From positions 173,318-237,317 of the forward strand of contig JAQVJU010000001.1 of the NCBI GenBank assembly GCA_028694995.1: a DNA stretch of 64,000 bases, read 5' to 3'. This DNA is from Minisyncoccota bacterium (lineage in GTDB: Bacteria > Patescibacteriota > Minisyncoccia > UBA6257). How positions within the stretch are numbered: position 1 is the stretch's first letter; each line of letters starts with the position of its first letter. A program made the translations under genes and the position numbers. Under the pieces are notes generated by a model. That model was not told where the DNA came from. It did no database searches and saw only the letters and a program-made list of their open reading frames with translations. This document shows, piece by piece, positions 9,513-19,082 of the stretch.

Positions 9513-12149
9513 ATGAAAAAATTAGCTATTATTGACTCGTATGCCTTAGCGCATCGCTCTTATCATGCCTTGCCTCCTTTAACTTCGCCTGATGGTGTTT
9601 TAGTTAATGGGGTCTATGGGTTTATGTTGTTTTTTTTGAAAATGCTTAAAGAGCTAAATCCAGATTATGTAGTGGCTACTTTTGATTTGGCCGCACCGAC
9701 TTTTCGACATCAAGAATACAAAGAATACAAAATCAAAAGGGAAAAAATGCCAGATAATTTTTATGAACAGATTTTAATAATTAAAGATTTGTTAAGAAAA
9801 TTTGGTGTGCCTATCTTAGAAGCAGAAGGCTATGAAGCTGATGATTTGATAGGCAGTGTGGTGGAAAAAACCCAAGACGAAGATTTAGAAACTTTTATTA
9901 TTACTGGTGATTTAGATACTTTGCAATTAGTTAATGATAAAGTTTTTGTTTATACTTTTGGGCGCGGTCTTCAGGATAAAATCATTTACAATAAAGAAAA
10001 GATAAAAGAAAGATTTCAATTAAAACCAGAACAATTAATTGATTGGAAAGCTTTAAAAGGAGATCCTTCTGATAATATTCCTGGAGTGCCAGCTATTGGT
10101 GAAAAAACCGCTTTAATGTTAATTAAAAATTTCAATAATTTAGACAATCTTTATATACAATTAAAAGAATCCTCAACGGTAGAAGAATTAATCAATAAAA
10201 ACCCAGAATTAAAGATAACGCCAAGAATCTTTAAACAATTAAAAGACTTTGAAGATCAAGCTTATTTTAGTCGTCATTTAGTATTAATTGAAAGAAAAAT
10301 ACCTTTGGAAGATTTTAATTTAGAAAAAGCTAAATTTGAAATTCCAGATGAGGAAAATTTGAAAAATTTATTAGGTAAATTAGGATTTCATAGCTTGCTT
10401 TCAAGGGTATTTGTTAATGAAGAGATAAAAGCTTCAAAACAAATTAAAAATTCATTGTTTATTATAAACACCCCAATTGCTTTAAAAGACTTAATAACCA
10501 AGATTAAATCAGAAAAAACCTTAGGATTGCTTTTGGATTATCAAGGGGAAAAATGGGGAGCAAGGAAAGTAAAGGGTTTGGGTATTAGTTTTGTAGATAA
10601 ATTGTATTACCTGCCAGAGAATTTATTTAATGATTTTTTTAAAGAACAAATTGACTGGCAGACAAAAAAAATAGCCAGTTTTGAAGCCAAGGTTATCTTT
10701 GAAGAATTAAAAATGTTTCCTTCAATTCTAATAGATGATATAAAAATACTTGCTTGGTTGATTGACCCAGATAGGAAAAATTACAAAATATCTTCTTTGG
10801 AAAAATTCTTTTTAAAACAAGAAACAGAAGAATCATTTGAAAATTCTTTAGCTTTATTATTGCCTTTAATGAAAGCGATTGAAGAAAAAATACTTGTCTT
10901 AGGACTGGAAAATGTTTGGACCAAGATTGAAAAACCTTTAATACCAATAATAGCTTTAATGGAAGAAAATGGTATTTTATTGGATTTAGATTTTTTAAAA
11001 GACTTAGATCAGACTAATAAAAAAGAAATTAAAAAATTGGAAGAACAAATTTATCAATTAGCTGGTCAAGAATTTAATATTAATTCGCCACAACAATTAT
11101 CTGTAATTCTATTTGAAAATTTAGGTATTTCTCCAAAAGATCTTAAGAAAACCAGTACGCGAAAAATATCAACTAAAATGGATGAACTTTTTAAGATAGA
11201 AAAAGAACATTCAATCATCCCTTTATTGATAAAATATCGCGGTTTAAAGAAATTAGAAAATTCTTTTTTGGAAACATTGCCTAAGTTTATTAATGAAAAG
11301 ACAAGAAGGATTCATACCATTTGGAATCAAACTGGAACAGCTACAGGTCGTCTTTCTTCAGAAAAGCCTAATTTGCAGAATATTCCCCAAAACGAATCTT
11401 TAGATAAACAAATTCGTAATGCTTTTGTAGCAGAAGAATTATTTTCTTTGGTTTCTTTTGATTATTCGCAGATAGAATTAAGACTAGCAGCTCATCTTTC
11501 TCAAGATAAGAAAATGATGGAAATTTTCAATCAAAATAAAGATGTTCATTTGGCAACCGCAAGCTATGTTCATGGCAAACCAGAAGAAGAAATTACTTTA
11601 GAAATGAGAAATCAAGCCAAGGCTTTGAATTTTGGTATTATTTATGGAATGGGTAATAGAGCTTTTGCTCAAACCGCTAATATTTCTTTAAAAGAAGCAG
11701 AAGTTTTTAGACAAAAATATTTTACCCAATTTTCCAGTTTGAAAAAATACTTGGATAATACTTTAGAAATAGCTAAGAGAAATGGATATGTGGAAACTGT
11801 TTTTGGTCGTAAGAGATTATTGCCTCTTTTAGGCACTTTGGGTAGAAGAGCCAAAGAGCAAGAAAGAATAGCTTTTAATGCGCCAATTCAAGGATTAGCC
11901 GCTGATATAATTAAGATGGCAATGATTCAGATTCAAGAATATATTTTCCAACATCAAATAGAAGAACAAGCAAGGATATTAGTTCAAATTCATGATGAGT
12001 TGATACTGGAAATTAAATCTGAGATAATAAAGGAAATAGCCCCTTGTTTTAAAAAGATAATGGAAACGGCTGTTGTTTTGAGTGTGCCTTTGGAAGTGAA
12101 AATCAGAAAAGGTAAAGATTGGGGGAAAATGGAAGAGTTAGATATTTAA
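9513..12149 (+). CDS. polA: DNA polymerase I
   Basis: 5'-3' exonuclease motifs (YEADD, GDPSDNIPGV); polymerase motifs TGRLSS, DYSQIELR, KALNFGIIYG, QIHDEL. Confidence 0.97.
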   Translation: MKKLAIIDSYALAHRSYHALPPLTSPDGVLVNGVYGFMLFFLKMLKELNPDYVVATFDLAAPTFRHQEYKEYKIKREKMPDNFYEQILIIKDLLRKFGVPILEAEGYEADDLIGSVVEKTQDEDLETFIITGDLDTLQLVNDKVFVYTFGRGLQDKIIYNKEKIKERFQLKPEQLIDWKALKGDPSDNIPGVPAIGEKTALMLIKNFNNLDNLYIQLKESSTVEELINKNPELKITPRIFKQLKDFEDQAYFSRHLVLIERKIPLEDFNLEKAKFEIPDEENLKNLLGKLGFHSLLSRVFVNEEIKASKQIKNSLFIINTPIALKDLITKIKSEKTLGLLLDYQGEKWGARKVKGLGISFVDKLYYLPENLFNDFFKEQIDWQTKKIASFEAKVIFEELKMFPSILIDDIKILAWLIDPDRKNYKISSLEKFFLKQETEESFENSLALLLPLMKAIEEKILVLGLENVWTKIEKPLIPIIALMEENGILLDLDFLKDLDQTNKKEIKKLEEQIYQLAGQEFNINSPQQLSVILFENLGISPKDLKKTSTRKISTKMDELFKIEKEHSIIPLLIKYRGLKKLENSFLETLPKFINEKTRRIHTIWNQTGTATGRLSSEKPNLQNIPQNESLDKQIRNAFVAEELFSLVSFDYSQIELRLAAHLSQDKKMMEIFNQNKDVHLATASYVHGKPEEEITLEMRNQAKALNFGIIYGMGNRAFAQTANISLKEAEVFRQKYFTQFSSLKKYLDNTLEIAKRNGYVETVFGRKRLLPLLGTLGRRAKEQERIAFNAPIQGLAADIIKMAMIQIQEYIFQHQIEEQARILVQIHDELILEIKSEIIKEIAPCFKKIMETAVVLSVPLEVKIRKGKDWGKMEELDI

Positions 12150-12158
12150 ATTGTTTTT

Positions 12159-13475
12159 ATGTTTAAATTTTTTGCAAAATTAAAAAGACATTTTTTCTCT
12201 TCCCAACTTTTACTTTTTTGGTTTTTTGGGGGCATTTTAATTGGGCAAATTGTTTTTAATTTTTTATGGATAGATTGGCCTTTGAATTTGATAATCAGCA
12301 TTGGTTTGTTTGTTTTCTATTTAATTATGGCAGTGATTTTGATAGAGAATGTAGATAAGATTTATCGTTTGGATGTTGAAAGGAATCAAATCAATGCCAT
12401 TATTAGTAGTATTGATGATCCGGTTATTTCCTATACCCAAAATTTTGAAATTGTTTTGGCTAATGAAGCCATGGTTAAGTTTCTTAATTTAAGCAAGAAA
12501 GATCTTATTGGTAAGATAGTGACTCCAGAATTAAGTAATGATGTTCATTATGGCACTTTAGCCAAATTAATTTTTCCTAGCTTAGCGCCTGTGGTCATGG
12601 AAAGAACTATTGATTCTTATCCTGAAAAGATAAAAATAAAGTTTTTTCAACCAAAAGAAATGGTTTTAGAGATAGTGACTACTAAAGTAATAGATGACAA
12701 AGGTCATTTGTATGGATTTTTACGCATTGTTCATGATTTAACCAAAGAAGAGGTTTTAAGGAAAATACAATCAGATTTTATTACAATAGTGGCTCATCAA
12801 TTAAGAACGCCAATGTCTGGTTTGGCTTGGATATTGGAATTATTAGCTAAAAAAGATTTAGGACCCTTAAATCCAGAACAAGAACAATTACTTAATGATG
12901 GTCAAAAAGCAATGCAAGAAAGTTTAAAAACCGTAGAAGATTTATTAAATGTGGCTCAAATAGAAGAAGGAAGATTTGGTTTTCAATTTATTGTTGCTGA
13001 TTTAGAAAAAATTATTGAAGAAACTTTTATTAAATTTGAACCTTCAGCTCAGAAAAGTAGTGTAAAGTTAATATTTCATCGACCAGAATTTAACTTAAAG
13101 CCATTTGTGATGGATCCTTTAAGGATTAAATTAGTATTAGAGATTTTAGTAGATAATGCTATTAAGTATAATGTTGAAAATGGAGAAGTTAGAATAAAAA
13201 TTGATCCAATAGAAAACAAACCTTTTATCATGATCTCTATAGAAGACACAGGTAAAGGAGTATCACCAGAAGATATGCCAAGATTATTCACTAAGTTTTT
13301 TAGATCAAAGCAAGTGTTAAAAGAACAAACCAGTGGCATTGGTTTGGGTTTGTATTTAGCTAAAAACATTATTGAGCGACATGGTGGGAAAATTTCAGCT
13401 AGATCTGTCTTGGGTCGAGGCTCTATCTTTACCTTTACTTTACCCATAGACCCAGATTATATCCCTGCGCAGTAG
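12159..13475 (+). CDS. Membrane PAS-domain sensor histidine kinase (no adjacent response regulator)
   Basis: Two TM helices, PAS-like region, H-box AHQLRTP, N-box DNAIKY, DTGKG and GIGLGL boxes. Confidence 0.9.
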   Translation: MFKFFAKLKRHFFSSQLLLFWFFGGILIGQIVFNFLWIDWPLNLIISIGLFVFYLIMAVILIENVDKIYRLDVERNQINAIISSIDDPVISYTQNFEIVLANEAMVKFLNLSKKDLIGKIVTPELSNDVHYGTLAKLIFPSLAPVVMERTIDSYPEKIKIKFFQPKEMVLEIVTTKVIDDKGHLYGFLRIVHDLTKEEVLRKIQSDFITIVAHQLRTPMSGLAWILELLAKKDLGPLNPEQEQLLNDGQKAMQESLKTVEDLLNVAQIEEGRFGFQFIVADLEKIIEETFIKFEPSAQKSSVKLIFHRPEFNLKPFVMDPLRIKLVLEILVDNAIKYNVENGEVRIKIDPIENKPFIMISIEDTGKGVSPEDMPRLFTKFFRSKQVLKEQTSGIGLGLYLAKNIIERHGGKISARSVLGRGSIFTFTLPIDPDYIPAQ

Positions 13476-13500
13476 TTTGTATTAATTTAAATTTATTTAT

Positions 13501-14337
13501 ATGCCTGAATTACCAGAGGTAGAGACAATCACGCGTCAATTAAATAGGAAAACAAAAGGCTTGATAATCAAAGATGTTTGGTTTGGTTGGGTGAAATTAT
13601 TAAGAGGTAGGATTAGTCAGCAGGAATTTAAAAAGACAATTATTAATAGAACTATTCTAGGTGTTAATCGTCAAGGAAAAAACATCATCATTAATCTTAG
13701 TGGAGGTTGGAGTTGTTTAATTCATTTAAAGCTTACTGGAAGGATTTTAGTAGGCTCAGAAGAGTTTATAAAACAAGACCCATATATCCATTTTAAACTT
13801 AAATTAAGTAATCAAACTTATTTAGCGCTTTCAGATTTAAGAAAATTTGCTAGGATTCTTTTAGAAAAAACAGATAAAGTCAAAGACTTAAAAGAAATTA
13901 AAGAATTAGGATTAAATCCTTTAGCTAAAGATTTTACTTTTAAAAACTTTGAAAATTCATTAAATAAAAAGAGACGAGGCAAGATAAAAGAAGTTTTATT
14001 AGAGCAGAATATTATAGCTGGAATTGGGAATATTTATGCTAGTGAAATTTTATGGGCAGCAAAAGTAAATCCTCTTAAAGATGTACAAGAATTAACCTTA
14101 TTAGAGAAAAAAAGAATTTATCAAAACATTAAAAAAGTTTTAATAAAGGCAGTAGAATTTAAAGGATCAACAGTGGCTGATAAGATGTATCAAGACACAG
14201 AAGGCAAGTTTGGTAACTATGCTTCTAAATTGCGAGCTTATCATCAAGAAAAATGTTTTCGCTGCAAGGGCCAGATAAAAAGGATAGTTCAGAAAGGTCG
14301 GTCAACTTTCTATTGTCCTAAATGTCAAAAAGAATAA
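13501..14337 (+). CDS. mutM: Formamidopyrimidine-DNA glycosylase
   Basis: N-terminal MPELPEVE, GIGNIYASE, C-terminal zinc finger CFRC..CPKCQ. Confidence 0.96.
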   Translation: MPELPEVETITRQLNRKTKGLIIKDVWFGWVKLLRGRISQQEFKKTIINRTILGVNRQGKNIIINLSGGWSCLIHLKLTGRILVGSEEFIKQDPYIHFKLKLSNQTYLALSDLRKFARILLEKTDKVKDLKEIKELGLNPLAKDFTFKNFENSLNKKRRGKIKEVLLEQNIIAGIGNIYASEILWAAKVNPLKDVQELTLLEKKRIYQNIKKVLIKAVEFKGSTVADKMYQDTEGKFGNYASKLRAYHQEKCFRCKGQIKRIVQKGRSTFYCPKCQKE

Positions 14338-14339
14338 TT

Positions 14340-15314
14340 ATGCTTTATCTTATTCACGGAGAAGATTCTTTTCGTTCATGGCAATATTTATTAAAAGTAA
14401 AGGAGTTTTATCAAAAAGACGCTCCGGCTTTTTTTGATTATGATTTTTCTGATAAAGCTAAGATACCTCCAGATCTTTCTGTTTTAAGTGATGTTCTGAA
14501 AAGTAAAACTCTTTTTTCTGGTAGTCGTTTAATATTAATCAAAAATATTTTTAAAAATACAAATATTCAATTTCGTAATGATTTTTTGACAATTTTGAAA
14601 GCTCAAAAAGTTGAATTAGCTAAGGATTTGATGATTATCTTTTATGAAAACGATAAGATATTAAGTAATTCTTTACAAAAATGGATTAAGCAAAAAGCCA
14701 AGGGAGATAAAGAATTTCCTTTATTAAAAAGCGGGAAATTAACAAAATGGATAACAGAACAAGAGCAAGAATTTGGATTAAGACTTAGTCCAGAAGCGCG
14801 TCAATTATTAGCAAATAGCTTTCTTTCAGATACTGGCTCTATTTATCATGCTTTAAAAAAGCTTTCCTTAATTAAAAAAGGACCAATAGATGCAAAAGTA
14901 CTTGAAGAGAGTTTATTTTTACCTGCTTCTAGTACCATATTTATTTTTTTAGATTACTTAATATCTGGTAATGATAAACAGGCTTTTTCACTTTTAGAGG
15001 TTTTAATTAATCAAGGATTACATCCATTATTTATTCTAAAAATGATTGTTTTTCAAATTCGTAATTTATTGATTTTAAAAGAAAGTTCAGGAAAACCAGC
15101 TTCAATGCATTATTATACCTATAGTAAGCTATTGCCTTTATCTAGGATGATTCCAGCAAAAATATTAAAAGAAACTTTTCAAGACCTTCTTTTTTGCGAT
15201 CAAAAGATTAAATCAGGTAATATTGAGGCAAAGATAGGTTTAGAGATATTTTTAATTGATTTTTTCCATAAAAGATGCAATACTATAAGTCAAAGCAATA
15301 TTAATAATTTTTAA
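14340..15314 (+). CDS. holA: DNA polymerase III delta subunit
   Basis: MLYLIHGED start (ATG 14340), size and position upstream of rpsT. Confidence 0.8.
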   Translation: MLYLIHGEDSFRSWQYLLKVKEFYQKDAPAFFDYDFSDKAKIPPDLSVLSDVLKSKTLFSGSRLILIKNIFKNTNIQFRNDFLTILKAQKVELAKDLMIIFYENDKILSNSLQKWIKQKAKGDKEFPLLKSGKLTKWITEQEQEFGLRLSPEARQLLANSFLSDTGSIYHALKKLSLIKKGPIDAKVLEESLFLPASSTIFIFLDYLISGNDKQAFSLLEVLINQGLHPLFILKMIVFQIRNLLILKESSGKPASMHYYTYSKLLPLSRMIPAKILKETFQDLLFCDQKIKSGNIEAKIGLEIFLIDFFHKRCNTISQSNINNF

Positions 15315-15322
15315 TTTTATAT

Positions 15323-15589
15323 ATGCCAATTACTAAGGCAGCAAAAAAAGCAGTAAAAAAGAATATTACAAGAAGGAAAGCTAATGTCCGAAATTTGAAT
15401 CTTTTAAAGAAAACAAAGAAAGATTTTTTAAAATTAGTTAAAGAAGGCAAGATAGAAGAAGCAAAGAAAATGGCTCCTAATTTGTATAAAACTTTAGATA
15501 AAGCTGCTAAAACTAATTTAATTAAAAAAAATAAAGCTAATAGGGATAAATCAAGATTAATGAAGAAATTAAAAGAAAAAAAGAAATAA
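15323..15589 (+). CDS. rpsT: 30S ribosomal protein S20
   Basis: MPITKAAKK...LDKAAK..LIKKNKANRDKSRL. Confidence 0.95.
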   Translation: MPITKAAKKAVKKNITRRKANVRNLNLLKKTKKDFLKLVKEGKIEEAKKMAPNLYKTLDKAAKTNLIKKNKANRDKSRLMKKLKEKKK

Positions 15590-15601
15590 ATTACAGGAAA
15601 T

Positions 15602-15623
15602 AAAGCCCGAAAGGGCTTTTTTT
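15602..15623 (+). terminator. Intrinsic terminator after rpsT
   Basis: AAAGCCC-GAAA-GGGCTTT followed by a T run. Confidence 0.85.
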
Positions 15624-15655
15624 ATTAATTGTTATCTTTTAAAATTTAAGTTAAA

Positions 15656-16078
15656 ATGAAAACAATGAAATACAAATATTCTATTATTGAGCATGCAGCT
15701 GATATAAAATTAAAAATTACGGCCTCAGCAAAAGAAGGTTTGTTTAAGGGTGGCTTAGAAGGTATGGCTTGGATAATGGTTGAGGATGAAGATATTGAAA
15801 AAGAATCAATAGAAAAAAGAATAGAAATTTCAGCTTTAGAAGAAAATATCTTACTAGTAGATTTCTTAAGTGAAGTTTTAGCACAATCAGATATTTATAA
15901 TTCTGTTTTTCCAGAAATTGAAATTGAAGAATTTACTGAACAGAAAATTATTGGCAAAATCAAAGGCAAAAGAATAAAGAGATTTAAAGAAGAGATAAAG
16001 GCAGTAACTTATCATGGGGCAAATATTTGTAAAAATAAACAAGGTCTTTGGGAAATAACAATACTTTTTGATATTTAA
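15656..16078 (+). CDS. Archease (RtcB activating factor)
   Basis: EHAADI, IKAVTYH and C-terminal FDI motifs; directly upstream of rtcB. Confidence 0.92.
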   Translation: MKTMKYKYSIIEHAADIKLKITASAKEGLFKGGLEGMAWIMVEDEDIEKESIEKRIEISALEENILLVDFLSEVLAQSDIYNSVFPEIEIEEFTEQKIIGKIKGKRIKRFKEEIKAVTYHGANICKNKQGLWEITILFDI

Positions 16079-16100
16079 AAATTAATTAGAGAGTTGTTTT

Positions 16101-17541
16101 ATGTTTAATAAATTTCAAATTTCTAAAATTCATGATTATCTTTGGGAAATCCCTCAGTCTTTTAGAAATGATATGCGAGTACCAGCGAGGATTTATGCTT
16201 CAAGGAAAATAATTGAAGAAACAGAAGAAGAAGCAATAATTCAATTGATTAACACAACAACAATGCCAGGGATAGTTAAATATGGATTAGCCATGCCAGA
16301 CATTCATTCAGGATATGGACCGCCAATAGGAGGGGTTGGGGCAATGTTATTACCTGATGGAGTAATCTCTCCTGGTTTTGTAGGTTATGATGAAAATTGT
16401 GGTATTAGGTTATTAAAGTCAGAGTTAGAAGAAGACGAGATTCAATCTTATTTAGAAAGCTTAGCCACAAAAATTCAAGAAATTGTTCCTTCTGGCTTAG
16501 GCAAAGGCAGGCGTTCAAAATTGAGCCTGGAACAAATAGATAGATTATTAGAAGGTGGGGCTAAGCATTTGGTAGCTAGGGGTTATGGGGAAAAAGAAGA
16601 TGTGGAAAATTGTGAATCTCAAGGTCAGATAGAAACTGCTGATGCTAAATATGTTTCTGATTTAGCAAAAAGAAGAGGTCAAGATCAAGTGGGGACACTT
16701 GGTTCAGGAAATCATTTTATAGAAATTCAAAAAGTAACAGAGATTTTTGATGAAGAAATTGCAAAGGTTTTTTGGTTTGTTTAAAAATCAAATTGTAATC
16801 ATGGTTCATACTGGTTCTCGCGGCCTAGGGCATCAGAATTGCACTGACTATTTGCGAAAAGTAGTTCAGGCAGTAGATAAGTATAATATAAAATTACCTG
16901 ACAAAGAATTAGCTTGTGTGCCCTTCAGTTCCCCAGAAGGACAAAGTTTTTTTAAAGCAATGAGTGCGGCTAGTAATTTTGCTTGGGCTAATAGGCAAAT
17001 GATTAGTTATTATTTACGTCAAGCTTGGGCGCAAACAATCTCTAAAAAATCAAAATTAACCTTGCTTTATGATGTGGCTCATAATATTGCTAAGGTAGAA
17101 GAGCATCAAATAGATGGAAAAAATACACAATTAATTGTTCATCGTAAAGGAGCCACTAGAGCTTTTCCTCCAAATCATTTGGAAATTCCAGAAAAATACC
17201 GCTCAGTTGGTCAGCCAGTGCTTATTCCAGGAACCATGGGCACAGCTTCTTATGTGCTAGCTGGTTCTGAAAAATCAGCTGAGGCTTTTTATACTGTTAA
17301 TCATGGTGCTGGTAGAAGAATGTCAAGGCATGCAGCAATAAGGACTATTTCTCCTGAAGAATTAAGAAAACAATTAGCTCAAAAAGGAATTATAGTCAAA
17401 TGTCGTAGTTTTCGTGGATTAGTTGAAGAAGCGCCTGAAGCTTATAAAAACATAGAAGAAGTTATAGAAACAGTAGAAAAAGCTGGTTTATCAAAAAAAG
17501 TAGTGAAATTAACACCTCGAGCAGTAATCAAAGGGGAGTAA
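16101..17541 (+). pseudogene. rtcB: RtcB RNA ligase split by a one-base frameshift (real lesion, slippage site or sequencing error)
   Basis: ORFs 16101-16784 (MPDIHSGYG, GYDENCG, GSGNHF) and 16747-17541 (HTGSRG, HRKGA, HGAGR) join as ...AKVF-GLFKNQ... if one T is removed from the T6 run at 16768-16773. Confidence 0.85.
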
Positions 17542-17642
17542 TTTGTTTAAAAATATGTTATTATTTTTTAAAGGTCGAATTTAAACCTATTTAATCATCT
17601 AGCTATCCTTTTTAATAAAAAATTAGATAGCTAAAAATTATT

Positions 17643-17897
17643 ATGGAAGAAAAACTTATAGGTAAAATCATTCATTACTTTGGCAAGATTCAAGTGGCCA
17701 TTATAGAATTAACAGGCACAATCAAGCAAGGGGATAAAATTCATATTAAGGGCGCCAATACAGATTTTGAACAAGAAGTTGATTCAATGCAAATAGATCA
17801 TGCTAATGTGCAAACAGCAAAAAAGGGAGATTCAATTGGCATTAAGGTAGATGAAAAAGTCAGAGAAGGTGATGAAGTTTATTTAATTCTTCCTTAG
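17643..17897 (+). CDS. Small beta-barrel 'translation elongation factor-like' protein (resembles U32 peptidase C-terminal domain)
   Basis: IGKIIHYFGKIQVAII...GDKIHIKG...VDSMQI...GDSIGIKV...VREGDEVY. Confidence 0.75.
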   Translation: MEEKLIGKIIHYFGKIQVAIIELTGTIKQGDKIHIKGANTDFEQEVDSMQIDHANVQTAKKGDSIGIKVDEKVREGDEVYLILP

Positions 17898-17909
17898 GAA
17901 AATATTAAA

Positions 17910-19073
17910 ATGAATAAATTAGCTGGAGCCGAAGCGATAGCTGTTTTGGTTGGGACGATTATTGGCGCTGGTGTCTTTACCTTGCCTTATGTAATGACAA
18001 ATTCTGGCGTTTTGATAACCATTGGTTGGTTAGTTGTTGTTTGTTTTCTTATTATTTTTTTGCATTTATGCTTTGGGGAAATTGTTTTAAGAACAAAAAA
18101 GAGTTTTTGTTTGCCTGGATATATTGGTCATTATTTAAATTCACCAGCTAAAAAATTTGCTCTTTTAATAACTTTTCTTACTTTTGGTTTTTCACTTTTA
18201 GTTTGTCTACAATTGGGTGCTAAATTTATAGGAGTTATTTTAAGCACTTTTTTCTCAGGGAATGTTTTTCCTGAAGGTTTGATAATACTTTTTCTTTGGC
18301 TTTGTTTAAGCGCCATTATTTTATCTGGCAGTAAAAATTTATCAAAAATTAATTTTTATTTATCTCTTATTCTATTAGGTTTGTTTTTTCTTATTGCTAT
18401 GCTTGCACAACCATATTTTAGGATAGAGAATTTGAATTTTCTAAGTTTTAATAATCAATGGGGATGGTTAATTCCATATGGTGTATTCTTTTTTGCTCTT
18501 AATGGAATGGTAGCTGTACCTGAGGCAATAAGGGTTGTAAAAAGAAAACAGATAAACAAAAATCAAGTTAAAAAGATTCTTATTCTTGGTACTTTGATTC
18601 CGGTTTTTTGCTATTTAGTATTTATGTTTACAGTAGCTGGAGTTAGCGGCATTAATACCTCGATGGAAGCTATAGAAGGGTTAAGAAATATTTTAAGAGA
18701 GGAAATTATTTTACTAGGTGCTGGAATAGGGTTTTTAGCAGTTACCACTACTTATTTAATTTTTGGTTCTTATATCAAAAACAGTTTTATTAATGATTTT
18801 TGTTGGTCATCTTTTATTAGTCATTTTTTAGTGATTATGGGCCCAATTGTAATTTATTTTTGGCATTTGGATGATTTAATAAGATTAATTTCATTTCTTG
18901 GGGGAATGTTAGGAGGGTTTGAAGGAGTTATGATTCTTTTAGTATTGAAAAAAGCCAAAGAACAAAGTGAATTAGAGCCGCCATACAAGATGCCTTTGAA
19001 TAAATATTTGTTAGCAATTTTGATTATGGCTTTTATTATTGGCGCTCTTTGTCAGACAATTTTAGTTTATTAA
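17910..19073 (+). CDS. Aromatic amino acid permease family transporter
   Basis: GTIIGAGVFTLPY motif, about 11 TM helices. Confidence 0.85.
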   Translation: MNKLAGAEAIAVLVGTIIGAGVFTLPYVMTNSGVLITIGWLVVVCFLIIFLHLCFGEIVLRTKKSFCLPGYIGHYLNSPAKKFALLITFLTFGFSLLVCLQLGAKFIGVILSTFFSGNVFPEGLIILFLWLCLSAIILSGSKNLSKINFYLSLILLGLFFLIAMLAQPYFRIENLNFLSFNNQWGWLIPYGVFFFALNGMVAVPEAIRVVKRKQINKNQVKKILILGTLIPVFCYLVFMFTVAGVSGINTSMEAIEGLRNILREEIILLGAGIGFLAVTTTYLIFGSYIKNSFINDFCWSSFISHFLVIMGPIVIYFWHLDDLIRLISFLGGMLGGFEGVMILLVLKKAKEQSELEPPYKMPLNKYLLAILIMAFIIGALCQTILVY

Positions 19074-19082
19074 ATAATTTTT

